Shown here piece after piece: positions 1-9,060 of a stretch of DNA of 64,000 bases. The translations under genes were made by a program, and so were the position numbers. The stretch is taken from the sequence record NC_028659.1; one strand, 5' to 3'. The notes beneath the pieces were generated by a model, which was given only the letters and a program-made list of their open reading frames with translations, had not been told where the DNA came from and made no database searches. This DNA comes from Klebsiella phage vB_KpnM_KB57. Position 1 is the stretch's first letter. Each line of letters opens with the position of its first letter.

Positions 1-102
1 ACGAATACTGGTGCGATGGGGGAGGATGTTATCCTGACTCTCGGTGATGGTTCCCAAATCCCTGTGCGCCCTGATACTCAAATTATCGTAACAAAGGCAC
101 AG
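1..102 (+). CDS. 3' end of an upstream gene (partial, C-terminal 33 aa)
   Basis: frame 1 is open from base 1 to TAA at 100-102. Confidence 0.35.
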
Positions 103-106
103 TAAA

Positions 107-457
107 ATGATCTGGTATTGGCTGGCGCTACTAGGCGCATCATTTGTAACAGGAGGCGGCATTTATGCCGCTTACAGATTCCGAAAAGATAAGTTGGATG
201 ATTTCTTTGACTGGGTTGCTGGAAAGGTTAAACGTCTGCTGATCATCTGGGTATTTGTTATGGGCCTTGTTACGCTGGCCCTTACTGTCCCATTATGGCA
301 TACTATGACTTGTCAGTTCGACGGCTGGGCCGCGAATACAGAGACCAGTTATTCATGGTACAAATCAACCTGCCTGTATAAAAGCAAGACAGGGGCATGG
401 CTACCTTTAGGTATCAGTCGTGATCAACCGCAAGGAGATGGTGATGCATCAAATTAA
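107..457 (+). CDS. small membrane protein (2 predicted TM helices)
   Basis: 116-aa ORF with hydrophobic segments; ATG right after upstream stop. Confidence 0.5.
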   Translation: MIWYWLALLGASFVTGGGIYAAYRFRKDKLDDFFDWVAGKVKRLLIIWVFVMGLVTLALTVPLWHTMTCQFDGWAANTETSYSWYKSTCLYKSKTGAWLPLGISRDQPQGDGDASN

Positions 458-698
458 AGAAAATACTGTAGATTTTGAAGCGCATATCTACGATTCTGCG
501 ATGAACGACAACTACAGATGGTCAATTCGTCCAGATCCTGATCTGCCAGGTTCAGTTAATCTTTCTTACAATGAGTTAGCTCATTATGACAACCGTTCTC
601 GCCAAGGCTATGAGCAGCGAGGTATGGTAGGTTTCGATAAAGAAACTTGGGAAAAAATTAAATACGCCATCGATGGTGTTTTTGAAAAAACAATTTAG
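444..698 (+). CDS. hypothetical protein
   Basis: ORF 420-698; ATG 444 sits 6 nt after AAGGAG. Confidence 0.5.
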   Translation: MHQIKENTVDFEAHIYDSAMNDNYRWSIRPDPDLPGSVNLSYNELAHYDNRSRQGYEQRGMVGFDKETWEKIKYAIDGVFEKTI

Positions 699-706
699 GA
701 GATTTA

Positions 707-1372
707 ATGAAAGAAGCTTACGAAACCCTCAACTCAATGCTGCGCCCAACCTCCCTTGTTAAGTATGCGAAACATGTGGTAGATTGGAATTCTATCGCAG
801 CTTCTGCAAAGGGTGAATTTACCCCATTGGAAAAGCAGTGGGAGTTTGTCGGAGAGGAGTTAGAAGAAACCGTTAAGGCATTAGCCGAAAATGACCGTAA
901 GGAAGTCATTGATGGGGCATGTGACTTGTTTGTTGTAGCGTCGTATGCTTATTGGTTGAGTAATAACCATTCACTATCCTTAAATTATAACCCTGATCTT
1001 AAGTTTTCGCTTGGTAAAGCTTTGGATGCTTTTGCGAATGAAGACTACGAAGAAATGCTTAAATTGAGCACAGCTTTGTTGTTTGGTATTGATATGCAAT
1101 TGGATAAGAACATGAGTAGCGTTCTTGAGTCTAACGATTCTAAATATCCAACACTTAACGAAGTTCAGTCTTTGCATAAAGATCTTGACTTGGTAAAAGC
1201 CCTTGAGGCAGAATGCGCCTGTATCGAACGGCGTAACGGTGGACGTTATGAAGGTGTTCATTTCTCGATTGTTGATGGGAATATGAAAGAAGAGCCTCGT
1301 GTCGTATTCTTCGACAAAGGTGGTAAAATCATGAAGCCTGGAACTTTCAAAAAGCCAAACATTATTGTTTGA
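707..1372 (+). CDS. MazG-like nucleoside triphosphate pyrophosphohydrolase
   Basis: EFVGEELEE...E..GDLLF-like acidic helix motif (WEFVGEELEETVKALAEN...DGACDLFVV). Confidence 0.6.
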   Translation: MKEAYETLNSMLRPTSLVKYAKHVVDWNSIAASAKGEFTPLEKQWEFVGEELEETVKALAENDRKEVIDGACDLFVVASYAYWLSNNHSLSLNYNPDLKFSLGKALDAFANEDYEEMLKLSTALLFGIDMQLDKNMSSVLESNDSKYPTLNEVQSLHKDLDLVKALEAECACIERRNGGRYEGVHFSIVDGNMKEEPRVVFFDKGGKIMKPGTFKKPNIIV

Positions 1373-1649
1373 CAATCGCATCGGGGTCTGTATGATGACC
1401 CCATCAAGACAAAAGGAGAACGAAGTGGAAGAAAATATTGATTATTCTGAAATTGTTGCCTTAGCTAATCGCCTTAAAATTACCATCATGAATCGCGGGG
1501 CATCTTCCCGTCATGTTATCCGCTTCACGATGAAGCGTCGTTGGGGCGGCGTAAAGAAATACGCTTATGAATGCACACTCGGCACACTGGTATCTCATGT
1601 CAACCAGATCGAGAGAATGGGCGGAAAAATTGTCGGCATTGACAATTGA
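1365..1649 (+). CDS. hypothetical protein
   Basis: 94-aa ORF; the ATG pair at 1392 is an alternative start. Confidence 0.4.
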   Translation: MFDNRIGVCMMTPSRQKENEVEENIDYSEIVALANRLKITIMNRGASSRHVIRFTMKRRWGGVKKYAYECTLGTLVSHVNQIERMGGKIVGIDN

Positions 1650-1652
1650 AGC

Positions 1653-1680
1653 TTGACAAATAAAACTGAACGGTTATACT
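1653..1680 (+). promoter_or_regulatory. sigma70-type promoter TTGACA-16-TATACT
   Basis: TTGACA 1653-1658, TATACT 1675-1680, followed by RBS AAAGGAG and ATG 1712. Confidence 0.6.
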
Positions 1681-1711
1681 GACCACACTAAACCAAACAA
1701 AGGAGCAATAT

Positions 1712-2071
1712 ATGCCACGTATGCCAAAAATCAAAATCGAACTGATCACCTCTCTGCCGTCTGACCCAGTTCAGCGTAAACGCCTGAAAGATAGCGTAAC
1801 TGAAGTGGTTGATCTCCAGCGTCAAATCGCTGATCTGAAAGACCAGATCAAAGACATTCGCTCTGTGGAGAAAGAGACGCATAATATCTCTCCAAAATTC
1901 TTCAATAGTTTGGTGAAGCGCGAGTATGATGTTCGCTTCGAAGCCGAAAAGAAAACTGCTGCATTAGAGGCTGAAAAAGAAGTCTTCACCGAGGCAGACA
2001 TTCTGTTTGGTCGTGGAACCCCAAATGTTGCACAGACTGAAGCCGATGATGGTGCTGAGGACACTGAATAA
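1712..2071 (+). CDS. hypothetical coiled-coil protein
   Basis: 119-aa ORF with strong RBS; heptad-like charged sequence. Confidence 0.55.
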   Translation: MPRMPKIKIELITSLPSDPVQRKRLKDSVTEVVDLQRQIADLKDQIKDIRSVEKETHNISPKFFNSLVKREYDVRFEAEKKTAALEAEKEVFTEADILFGRGTPNVAQTEADDGAEDTE

Positions 2072-2271
2072 TGAAATACTACCTGAATGGTGTTGGCCTG
2101 TTTGTCTTCATCTGTGTCGTATTCGGGTTTGGTGTTCCAACTCTGGTGTCTGCCAAAGATACAATTAGTGTTATTGGCGGGTTTACCTTAGTCTTCACTG
2201 CCCCGGTTGTCGTGTGGTACTGGTTGCGTAAGGTCTTCATTCCGAAGATAAGCGCTGAAGGAGATCGATAA
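2071..2271 (+). CDS. small membrane protein
   Basis: 66 aa, two hydrophobic helices; TAATG overlap with next gene. Confidence 0.5.
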   Translation: MKYYLNGVGLFVFICVVFGFGVPTLVSAKDTISVIGGFTLVFTAPVVVWYWLRKVFIPKISAEGDR

Positions 2272-2435
2272 TGTTGCTAAATCTGAAGGCTGCAACTTGG
2301 GAAAAGTTGCAGCACTTGGCAAAGTCCAAAGGTAAGTCTGCGGCATCTTATGTTGCAAAAATCGTAGATGACCACGTTGATGAAAACGTAAAGACTGAGT
2401 ATAAAATCAAAGAGGAGAAACAAACTAATGCTTAA
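2271..2435 (+). CDS. ribbon-helix-helix (Arc/CopG-like) small DNA-binding protein
   Basis: 54-aa ORF not in the track; KAATWEKLQHLAKSKGKSAASYVAKIV pattern; coupled starts and stops with both neighbours. Confidence 0.45.
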   Translation: MLLNLKAATWEKLQHLAKSKGKSAASYVAKIVDDHVDENVKTEYKIKEEKQTNA

Positions 2436-3318
2436 GAATATCAAACGCGTAGTATTTGCTGGTCTGATCGCCCTGGGTGCAATTGGTCTGACTGGTTGTG
2501 AACGTGCAACTGTTCCGGCGGGTTATGTGGGCGTTAAGGTTGACCTGTATGGTGATGAGAAAGGCGTTCAGCAGCAAGAAGTTGGCGTTGGTAAGTATTG
2601 GTTAACCTGGAACGAAGAGATCTATCAGTTCCCGACGTTCAACCAGTTGAACAACTACGAACAACCGTTTAACTTCCAGACCAAAGATTCTATGACGGTT
2701 ACTGCGAAGATCGGTGTTGAGTATTACGTTGACCGCTCTAAGGTTACCAAGATCTTCCAGACCTACCGTAAAGGCGTCCAGGAGATTACCGATGTCAACA
2801 TTCGTCAGAATATCTCTGATGCGTTGATCAAGGAAGCGGGTACAATGGACATTGGTACACTGGCTGGTGATGGTAAATCTCAGCTTCTGGACCGAGTGAC
2901 CAAGACCCTGAAGCAGAAACTTGACCCGGTAGGTATCGTTATTGTGAAACTGTCTTACACTGATGACCTTGGTTATCCTCCTCAGGTAACTGCGTCCATC
3001 AACGCTAAGATCGAAGCGACTCAGAAAGCGCTGCTGCGTGAAAACGAAATCCAGCAGACTAAAGCTGAAGCTCAGAAACAAATTGAAGCAGCTCGCGGTG
3101 AAGCAGAATCCCAGCGACTGCAAGCTCAGGGCCAGGCAGATGCTAAAGTAGCTCTGGCAAAAGGTGAAGCAGAATCCATCCAACTGCGTGGTGATGCTCT
3201 CCGTAAGAACCCTGAAATCATGCAACTGGAAGCGATCAACAAGTGGGACGGTAAAACCCCGACCATTATGGGTGGCAACGGTGCAGTACCTTTCGTAAAT
3301 CTGCCAGCAGGTAAGTAA
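2428..3318 (+). CDS. SPFH/band-7 (prohibitin/HflC-like) lipoprotein
   Basis: signal peptide with lipobox LTGC; SPFH-like core; coiled-coil-like C-terminal segment. Confidence 0.6.
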   Translation: MLKNIKRVVFAGLIALGAIGLTGCERATVPAGYVGVKVDLYGDEKGVQQQEVGVGKYWLTWNEEIYQFPTFNQLNNYEQPFNFQTKDSMTVTAKIGVEYYVDRSKVTKIFQTYRKGVQEITDVNIRQNISDALIKEAGTMDIGTLAGDGKSQLLDRVTKTLKQKLDPVGIVIVKLSYTDDLGYPPQVTASINAKIEATQKALLRENEIQQTKAEAQKQIEAARGEAESQRLQAQGQADAKVALAKGEAESIQLRGDALRKNPEIMQLEAINKWDGKTPTIMGGNGAVPFVNLPAGK

Positions 3319-3321
3319 AGG

Positions 3322-3350
3322 TTGACAAAAGGCCCGGTGATTAGTATCAT
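3322..3350 (+). promoter_or_regulatory. sigma70-type promoter TTGACA-17-TATCAT
   Basis: TTGACA 3322-3327, -10 at 3345-3350; upstream of RBS and ATG 3381. Confidence 0.5.
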
Positions 3351-3380
3351 CGGGTCTCTACTTACAAAAGGAGATACACA

Positions 3381-3575
3381 ATGATCCGCACAAAAATTCT
3401 TATCGCAGCATTGCTGCTCTCTTCTCCGGTATTCGCAACTGTAAACACTCTCGATTTGGTTGATGAATATACCAACGGCAGCTCTAAGGTCTGCGTTTAC
3501 AGCGACGGTCATCGAACAGAGACTGTAACAAAAGATGGCGCTGGTTCTTGTCCAAGTAAGAAAACATTTCATTGA
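3381..3575 (+). CDS. small secreted protein
   Basis: N-terminal signal peptide MIRTKILIAALLLSSPVFA; RBS AAAGGAG. Confidence 0.5.
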   Translation: MIRTKILIAALLLSSPVFATVNTLDLVDEYTNGSSKVCVYSDGHRTETVTKDGAGSCPSKKTFH

Positions 3576-3582
3576 GGGAATA

Positions 3583-4089
3583 ATGCGAGTAACTGATAAA
3601 TACGTCTTTTTCTTCACTTACCGGGATATGTTCAGTAATCACTACCGCCAAGTTATTCCTATTCGTTGTGGTGGTTACGAGTTTTTCACTGTAGAACATT
3701 ACATGATGTTCCAGAAGGCAATGCTCTTCGATGACAAAGAAATTGCTTCCCGTATCGCTACGGTTGATAACCCTAATGAGGCCAAAGCTCTTGGTCGTCA
3801 GGTAAAAGGTTTCGACAACAGCGTCTGGGAAGAAAATAGAATGGATATAGTGACTTCAGGTCTTGTATTGAAAATGAAGGCCAACAGATCTGTTCTCGAA
3901 GCTGCTCTTGGGCATCGAGATGCTGGGCGTAAGTTTGTGGAAGCCTCCCCTTATGATGCCATCTGGGGTGTTAAATTAAACGAATATGACACACGTATCG
4001 ATGACCCAACCAACTGGCGTGGTTTGAATCTTCTCGGTAAGTGCTGGGAACGAGCTATTGATATTGTTGTTGCTGCAACGTGGAGGTGA
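3583..4089 (+). CDS. NADAR (YbiA/DUF1768) domain protein
   Basis: GGYEFFTVEHYMMFQKAMLFDD...EASPYDAIWGV matches NADAR conserved blocks; start at ATG 3583 after GAGGGA. Confidence 0.65.
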   Translation: MRVTDKYVFFFTYRDMFSNHYRQVIPIRCGGYEFFTVEHYMMFQKAMLFDDKEIASRIATVDNPNEAKALGRQVKGFDNSVWEENRMDIVTSGLVLKMKANRSVLEAALGHRDAGRKFVEASPYDAIWGVKLNEYDTRIDDPTNWRGLNLLGKCWERAIDIVVAATWR

Positions 4090-4528
4090 TTTGAAATTAG
4101 AGATTGAACTAGTTCCAAAGACCGCGTGGTTTACTAATCTCCGATCTCGTCTCCCCAAAGCCCAGTGGGATGTTGTCAGAAAGAAGTGTTATGCTAAGGC
4201 CAATTATCGATGTGAAATCTGCGGGGGCAAAGGAACAAAACACCCTGTTGAATGCCATGAGAAGTGGAATTTCGGAGACGGTAAGATAACTCTGATAGGT
4301 CTAATCGCGCTATGTCCTTCCTGTCATGAAGTCAAGCATATTGGTTTGGCAGGGATCCGTGGGCGTGGTGAAATTGCCCTTCGTCACTTTATGAGAGTGA
4401 ATGAAGTTAGTCGCCCTGTGGCAGAGAAATATGTTAAGGAAGCGTTTGATTTGTATCATGAACGAAGCAAGCGCGAAAAGTGGGAATTGGATGTCCGGTA
4501 TTTGGACGAGTATTTGAGTAAAGATTGA
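4058..4528 (+). CDS. HNH endonuclease (freestanding, homing-like)
   Basis: CEICGGKG...HPVECHEKWNF...LCPSCHEVKH zinc/HNH motif; start codon uncertain (TTG candidates at 4058 and 4091). Confidence 0.6.
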   Translation: MILLLLQRGGDLKLEIELVPKTAWFTNLRSRLPKAQWDVVRKKCYAKANYRCEICGGKGTKHPVECHEKWNFGDGKITLIGLIALCPSCHEVKHIGLAGIRGRGEIALRHFMRVNEVSRPVAEKYVKEAFDLYHERSKREKWELDVRYLDEYLSKD

Positions 4529-5658
4529 GAGGGCTAGTGGGATATCCGTATGATAAAGATTGGAAAAATAAAGTCACAAAAGACTGCGTATTAGCTTTGG
4601 ATCTCGACCAGACATGCTTTGTATCAGCCGCTGGTGCTGAAAAGCGTACAATTGAGGTCACTCACATTGAGTCTGGAAGAACAAAGATTTTCAAAAACAG
4701 GACTGAGTTTTGGGGATCGACAAAGAAAGTTGTCGGTGGATGGATCAAAGACCAAAACATGAACATGGAGGCGAAGGCAAAGGCCGAAGGCCGAGTGTTT
4801 GTACCGTGGGGTAGGGATGACTTCACGATTAAAGACATTCAGGAACCGGAACCTGTAGAAAACTGCCTTCATATCCTGAAGACAAAGATCAATGCTATCT
4901 TTGAACACCTTGAGATGGAAAGCAATACAGGGATGGGTGTACTTGGTGGTGAGGGTAACTTCCGCCTTATGCTCCCAGCTCCAGAGCGTTACAAGGGTAA
5001 TCGTGAGGATACATTACGCCCACTCCTTCTTCAGGAAACAAGGGATTATGTTACCCGGAAGTATAACGCTAAGGTGATCAATGGTGTTGAAGCAGATGAC
5101 TATCTGTCTGTTCTTGCTTATATGGGGTGGGAGAATTACCAGAAGACCGGGAAGTTCAACTACATCGTGGCATCGTTTGATAAAGACCAGAAAGGAAACC
5201 CTGGGCTTATCTTCGATACTATGCGCGATTCAGAAGAGAAGACATGGAAGCACCCGATCCCTATGTTGATCGACGATTCGATGGGAGAGATCTGGATGGA
5301 AGGTAGTAAGGTCAAGGGATGGGGACGTAAGTTCTTCGGTTACCAGATGCTTTGCGGTGACAGCTCAGATAACATCAAGCCTTACCAGTGTTTCGATATC
5401 GCTGGACGTTTCGGTGATACGGCGGCATTCAATCTGATCGGACACCTTCAGGATGAGAAATCCATGTGGCAAGCGATCATTAACCAGTATAAAACCTGGT
5501 TCCCGAACGGTGTTGAGTTTACTTCGTGGGACGGCACACAACGGAAAATGAGTGCAGGCCAGTGGGCATCTATCATCTTCCAGATGGTCTACATGAAACG
5601 TTCTGCAAATGATAAGACAACCCTTTCAAGCGAGTTACGCCGTGTGGGGGTTATATGA
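4525..5658 (+). CDS. FEN-like 5'-3' exonuclease (T5 D15 / Pol I 5' nuclease family)
   Basis: YKGNR, GVEADD and GDSSDNI motifs match flap endonuclease catalytic and H3TH blocks. Confidence 0.6.
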   Translation: MRGLVGYPYDKDWKNKVTKDCVLALDLDQTCFVSAAGAEKRTIEVTHIESGRTKIFKNRTEFWGSTKKVVGGWIKDQNMNMEAKAKAEGRVFVPWGRDDFTIKDIQEPEPVENCLHILKTKINAIFEHLEMESNTGMGVLGGEGNFRLMLPAPERYKGNREDTLRPLLLQETRDYVTRKYNAKVINGVEADDYLSVLAYMGWENYQKTGKFNYIVASFDKDQKGNPGLIFDTMRDSEEKTWKHPIPMLIDDSMGEIWMEGSKVKGWGRKFFGYQMLCGDSSDNIKPYQCFDIAGRFGDTAAFNLIGHLQDEKSMWQAIINQYKTWFPNGVEFTSWDGTQRKMSAGQWASIIFQMVYMKRSANDKTTLSSELRRVGVI

Positions 5659-5975
5659 TTGATAACTTAATCATGCAGGCAGTTATGAGGGATGCTGAGG
5701 CGCTGGCTGTTCCCAGCGTCAAGGGTAAATTCTTAGTCGCCACAGGATTGTGGCGCATGGTTGAGTCTGGTGATGATTGCTATGTGATTTTCACTGATGA
5801 CTATACTGATCCGAATGTTGCATTCACCGTATTGCTTCTGGATAATTGCGAGCTGGTAGAAGGTGAGAAGCTGTTGATGTTAACAAGCGTTTTGCTAGAC
5901 ACTCAAGAATTCTCGCTTGTTGTCTTCAAGGACCAAAATGACTCGGAGGTAACCGATGAAGCTGATGTCGGTTGA
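5655..5975 (+). CDS. hypothetical protein
   Basis: 106-aa ORF, start overlaps previous stop. Confidence 0.45.
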   Translation: MIDNLIMQAVMRDAEALAVPSVKGKFLVATGLWRMVESGDDCYVIFTDDYTDPNVAFTVLLLDNCELVEGEKLLMLTSVLLDTQEFSLVVFKDQNDSEVTDEADVG

Positions 5976-6570
5976 TCAGAGTCTTAGCCATTGTGCTGTT
6001 GTCATATTCGATGATGGAGTGCCTGTTTACCGGGAAATGATCAGAACAGGCTCAAACAATAGCAAGAGCAAGAAAAACAAGGATGTTATTTATTTTGACA
6101 ATGTTCATGAACAGATTAGGTTCATTGTTGGCAGAATCCTTACTTTGGCTGAAGAACATCGGATTGACAAATATGTTATGGAGGCCCTTAGCCTTAGTTC
6201 TATCGGCAGCGCCACTCGGGATTTGGCTGGTCTGTTCTACTGTATTGTGTACGGGTTGTATCAGTCAGCAATTTTGGGGTATCAAGCGATCCATACTGTA
6301 GCCCCTACCTCTGTGAAGGCTTATGCCAGAGCACTTTTGCCTGAATCAGAACGCACAGTTGTTAAAGAAAAGGTTGACAAAAAGACCGGGAAAAAGGTAT
6401 ACTCAACAGGTCAGGTTAAAATGGAAAAATCGCACATGGTGAGAGCAGTAGATTGTGATTTTCCAGGTTGGCTTGATGGAATGACTCTTGCCGCCGGAAA
6501 GGCTGACTACGCAGATGCATATTTGATAGGGAAGAAGTTCTTGGAGGATATATCCGTAGGAAAAGAATAA
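5956..6570 (+). CDS. RuvC-like Holliday junction resolvase (putative)
   Basis: N-terminal LMSVDQSLSHCAVVIFDDG plus YVMEALSL acidic block, resembling the RuvC fold. Confidence 0.4.
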   Translation: MKLMSVDQSLSHCAVVIFDDGVPVYREMIRTGSNNSKSKKNKDVIYFDNVHEQIRFIVGRILTLAEEHRIDKYVMEALSLSSIGSATRDLAGLFYCIVYGLYQSAILGYQAIHTVAPTSVKAYARALLPESERTVVKEKVDKKTGKKVYSTGQVKMEKSHMVRAVDCDFPGWLDGMTLAAGKADYADAYLIGKKFLEDISVGKE

Positions 6571-6638
6571 AGAGTCGAGCATCCAAACCAAAAGCAAGGA
6601 AGAAGCCAGTAGTTGTACCATTAACACCGGAACTTTGG

Positions 6639-7109
6639 GTGAAAGATGCAAAGCAGATTGCTGCTTTCAGAAACAAATTGATTCTGGAGCAGCAAGGGTT
6701 AGATCCTATACTCGGCGAGCCACTTCGCAAACCGTGCTTGGATCATGACCACTTCGAAGGTAAATGCAGAGGTGTCCTTAGTCAGTGCGTGAATACTTTT
6801 GAGGGATATGTCCTGAAGGCTTGGATGAAGTACGTTTCAGAGAATACTCAGACGTCGTTATCCACCGCTCTTAGAAATTTGGCAGATTACTTAGAGCAAG
6901 ACTTCAGTGGCTATCCGCTTCACGGCGGGTTTAAGAACGATATGTTGAAGTTTTTGAGAAGATGCACCAACGAGAAGATAATTGAAAGAGCTAAGGCAGA
7001 CCTTGGCATAATTATCCCCGAAGGTACTCAGAAACAAGACAGCCTCTTGCTATACCTTACAGAGTTCGTCAAGCAGACGGAGGAAAAACATGCCAAAGAA
7101 ACCACTTAA
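6639..7109 (+). CDS. endonuclease VII-like recombination endonuclease
   Basis: CLDHDH...GKCRGVLSQCVN resembles the T4 gp49 zinc/His-box. Confidence 0.55.
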   Translation: MKDAKQIAAFRNKLILEQQGLDPILGEPLRKPCLDHDHFEGKCRGVLSQCVNTFEGYVLKAWMKYVSENTQTSLSTALRNLADYLEQDFSGYPLHGGFKNDMLKFLRRCTNEKIIERAKADLGIIIPEGTQKQDSLLLYLTEFVKQTEEKHAKETT

Positions 7110-7293
7110 GTTCTTTTACAGAAATTGGCGAGGTAAGTGCGGATATCGTACTGTAGAAGAACCCGTCATGTGGTATGGGTCTACCCAGTATCACAAGAAC
7201 TCTCAATGGTTTATTAGAGGTTATGATCTCGATAAACAAGACTTTAGAGATTTCGCTGTGAATGATATCATTGAATTCGTCCGAGAGGTGTAA
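7090..7293 (+). CDS. hypothetical protein
   Basis: 67-aa ORF. Confidence 0.4.
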   Translation: MPKKPLKFFYRNWRGKCGYRTVEEPVMWYGSTQYHKNSQWFIRGYDLDKQDFRDFAVNDIIEFVREV

Positions 7294-8234
7294 TGCTACC
7301 TGTAGATAAAAAGATTATAGAACTTCATGAAAGCGGAATGAGTAACCGTGAAATTGCTCGCACATTCCTTGGAAAAGAGTCGAGAGAGTCATACATCCGT
7401 TTGGTTCTTAAGCGTCATAGCGCAGAGTCTACGCCTTTGACAAAGTCCTTAGTATCTGATTATAAGAAAGCTAAAATCCTGTTCTTAGACATCGAGACCG
7501 CGCCGCTGAAGGGACATCTCTGGAGTCTTTGGCAGAACGGGATTGGATTGAACCAGCTGGTTTCTGACTGGTACATGCTATCTTTCGTAGCCAAATGGGC
7601 TGATCAGGACGAGGTCATTTATCGCGATATCCGTGATAACTACGATAAGGAAAGTGATGCATCTATCCTTCAAGACCTGTGGGATTTGCTTGATGAAGCG
7701 GATTTTGTTGTTGGGCATAATGTCCGTAAGTTCGACATTAAGAAGGTCAATGCTCGTTTCCTGTTGAATGGAATGGATAAGCCGTCAACTTTCCGTATTA
7801 TCGATACCATGCTTATTGCCAAAGCCCTGTTTGGATTCACCTCCAACAAGCTGGAATACTTGACAGATCGCCTGTGTACGAAATACAAGAAGTCTAAGCA
7901 TACCAAGTTCCCAGGACATCTCCTGTGGGATGAGTGCCTGAAAGGCAACCCTGAAGCTTGGGATGAGATGGAAGAGTATAACAAGTTCGACGTTTTATCG
8001 AACCAAGAGTTGTACGAAATCTTCATGCCTTGGGATTCTCGTCTGCCTAACTTCGATCTGTATGTTGATGGTGTTCTGGATATGAGTGAGTGGATCGAGG
8101 ATGGCTTCCATTACACCAACCTTGGCAAGTACCAACGTTACCGTCACAAGGTCACCGGGCAACAGCGCCGTGGGAGAACAAACCTTCTCTCGAAAGAGAA
8201 ACGAGCGCAACTGCTATCAAATATTTTGGTTTAA
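7293..8234 (+). CDS. HTH + DEDDh (DnaQ-like) 3'-5' exonuclease
   Basis: N-terminal HTH (SNREIARTF); Exo I FLDIETAP; Exo II VVGHNVRKFD; Exo III YLTD. Confidence 0.55.
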   Translation: MLPVDKKIIELHESGMSNREIARTFLGKESRESYIRLVLKRHSAESTPLTKSLVSDYKKAKILFLDIETAPLKGHLWSLWQNGIGLNQLVSDWYMLSFVAKWADQDEVIYRDIRDNYDKESDASILQDLWDLLDEADFVVGHNVRKFDIKKVNARFLLNGMDKPSTFRIIDTMLIAKALFGFTSNKLEYLTDRLCTKYKKSKHTKFPGHLLWDECLKGNPEAWDEMEEYNKFDVLSNQELYEIFMPWDSRLPNFDLYVDGVLDMSEWIEDGFHYTNLGKYQRYRHKVTGQQRRGRTNLLSKEKRAQLLSNILV

Positions 8235-8269
8235 CTTTAAGGGCTTCGGCCCTTTGCAAAGGAGATTCT

Positions 8270-8455
8270 ATGGGAAGAGAAATTGTTGTTAAAGTTCCTG
8301 ATGCCGCAGATGATGATTGGCTGCGAGAGCAGATCGAATCCTTACGTGTAAGGATCGAGGCTGTTGTAGAGGTTGAGGATAACGAAGAAAGCTTTAATAA
8401 GTTAGGGGCTTGCCTTGACATCATTGATGCACTTCAACAGTATACGGGGTACTAA
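8270..8455 (+). CDS. hypothetical small acidic protein
   Basis: ATG 8270 after AAAGGAG; the long upstream extension in the track is unlikely. Confidence 0.45.
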   Translation: MGREIVVKVPDAADDDWLREQIESLRVRIEAVVEVEDNEESFNKLGACLDIIDALQQYTGY

Positions 8456-9060
8456 TGGATATTATTGTTCTGAATGCTCCCCCACAGAGCGGTAAAGATG
8501 AGATTTCTGCGTACCTTTGTAAAGGTAACCCAAACATCAACCACGAAGAGGTAAAGGAACTCCTTTTTGAGGTTGCTATTCGTTCAGCGGGAATTTCCCG
8601 TGAGTTGTGGGATGCAATGTATACCCGTCGGTATAAAGAGATCCCAAGCCCATACCTGATGATTGATGGTGTGAATGTGTCGCCACGTCAGTGGATGATC
8701 CATTGCTCCGAAAAGGTAATCAAGCCATTGTTCGGCAAGTCAGCATTCGGTAAAGCTGCTGTGGAAAAGTTGAAGCAGACCTATGCAAATGACGAGGTGA
8801 TTGTATTCTCAGATGGTGGCTTTGCTGAGGAAATCAAAGAGTTGTCCGATTATGCATACTCGACTGGTGGTGAATTCTTCCTTGCGCGTATCCACCGAAA
8901 AGGTTATGATTGGGGGAATGACAGTCGTAACTGGTTATACCTTGACGGCATCCGAGGTCATGAACGTGACTTCGATAACAAAGAGGGCGGTATGAACGAC
9001 TGTGCAGAAGAGATCCTTGAGTGGGCAAGAACAATTAGCTATGGAGAAGACGATGCGTAA
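8455..9060 (+). CDS. deoxynucleoside monophosphate kinase-like P-loop kinase
   Basis: N-terminal IVLNAPPQSGKDE P-loop similar to the T4/T5 dNMP kinase start. Confidence 0.45.
   Translation: MDIIVLNAPPQSGKDEISAYLCKGNPNINHEEVKELLFEVAIRSAGISRELWDAMYTRRYKEIPSPYLMIDGVNVSPRQWMIHCSEKVIKPLFGKSAFGKAAVEKLKQTYANDEVIVFSDGGFAEEIKELSDYAYSTGGEFFLARIHRKGYDWGNDSRNWLYLDGIRGHERDFDNKEGGMNDCAEEILEWARTISYGEDDA

Noticed and set aside
2602-3225. Long antisense ORFs inside the SPFH, nrdA, nrdB, cca and endonuclease genes listed in the track
   Set aside because: They lie fully within well-supported sense genes, lack RBSs and have skewed composition, which is typical of antisense read-through.
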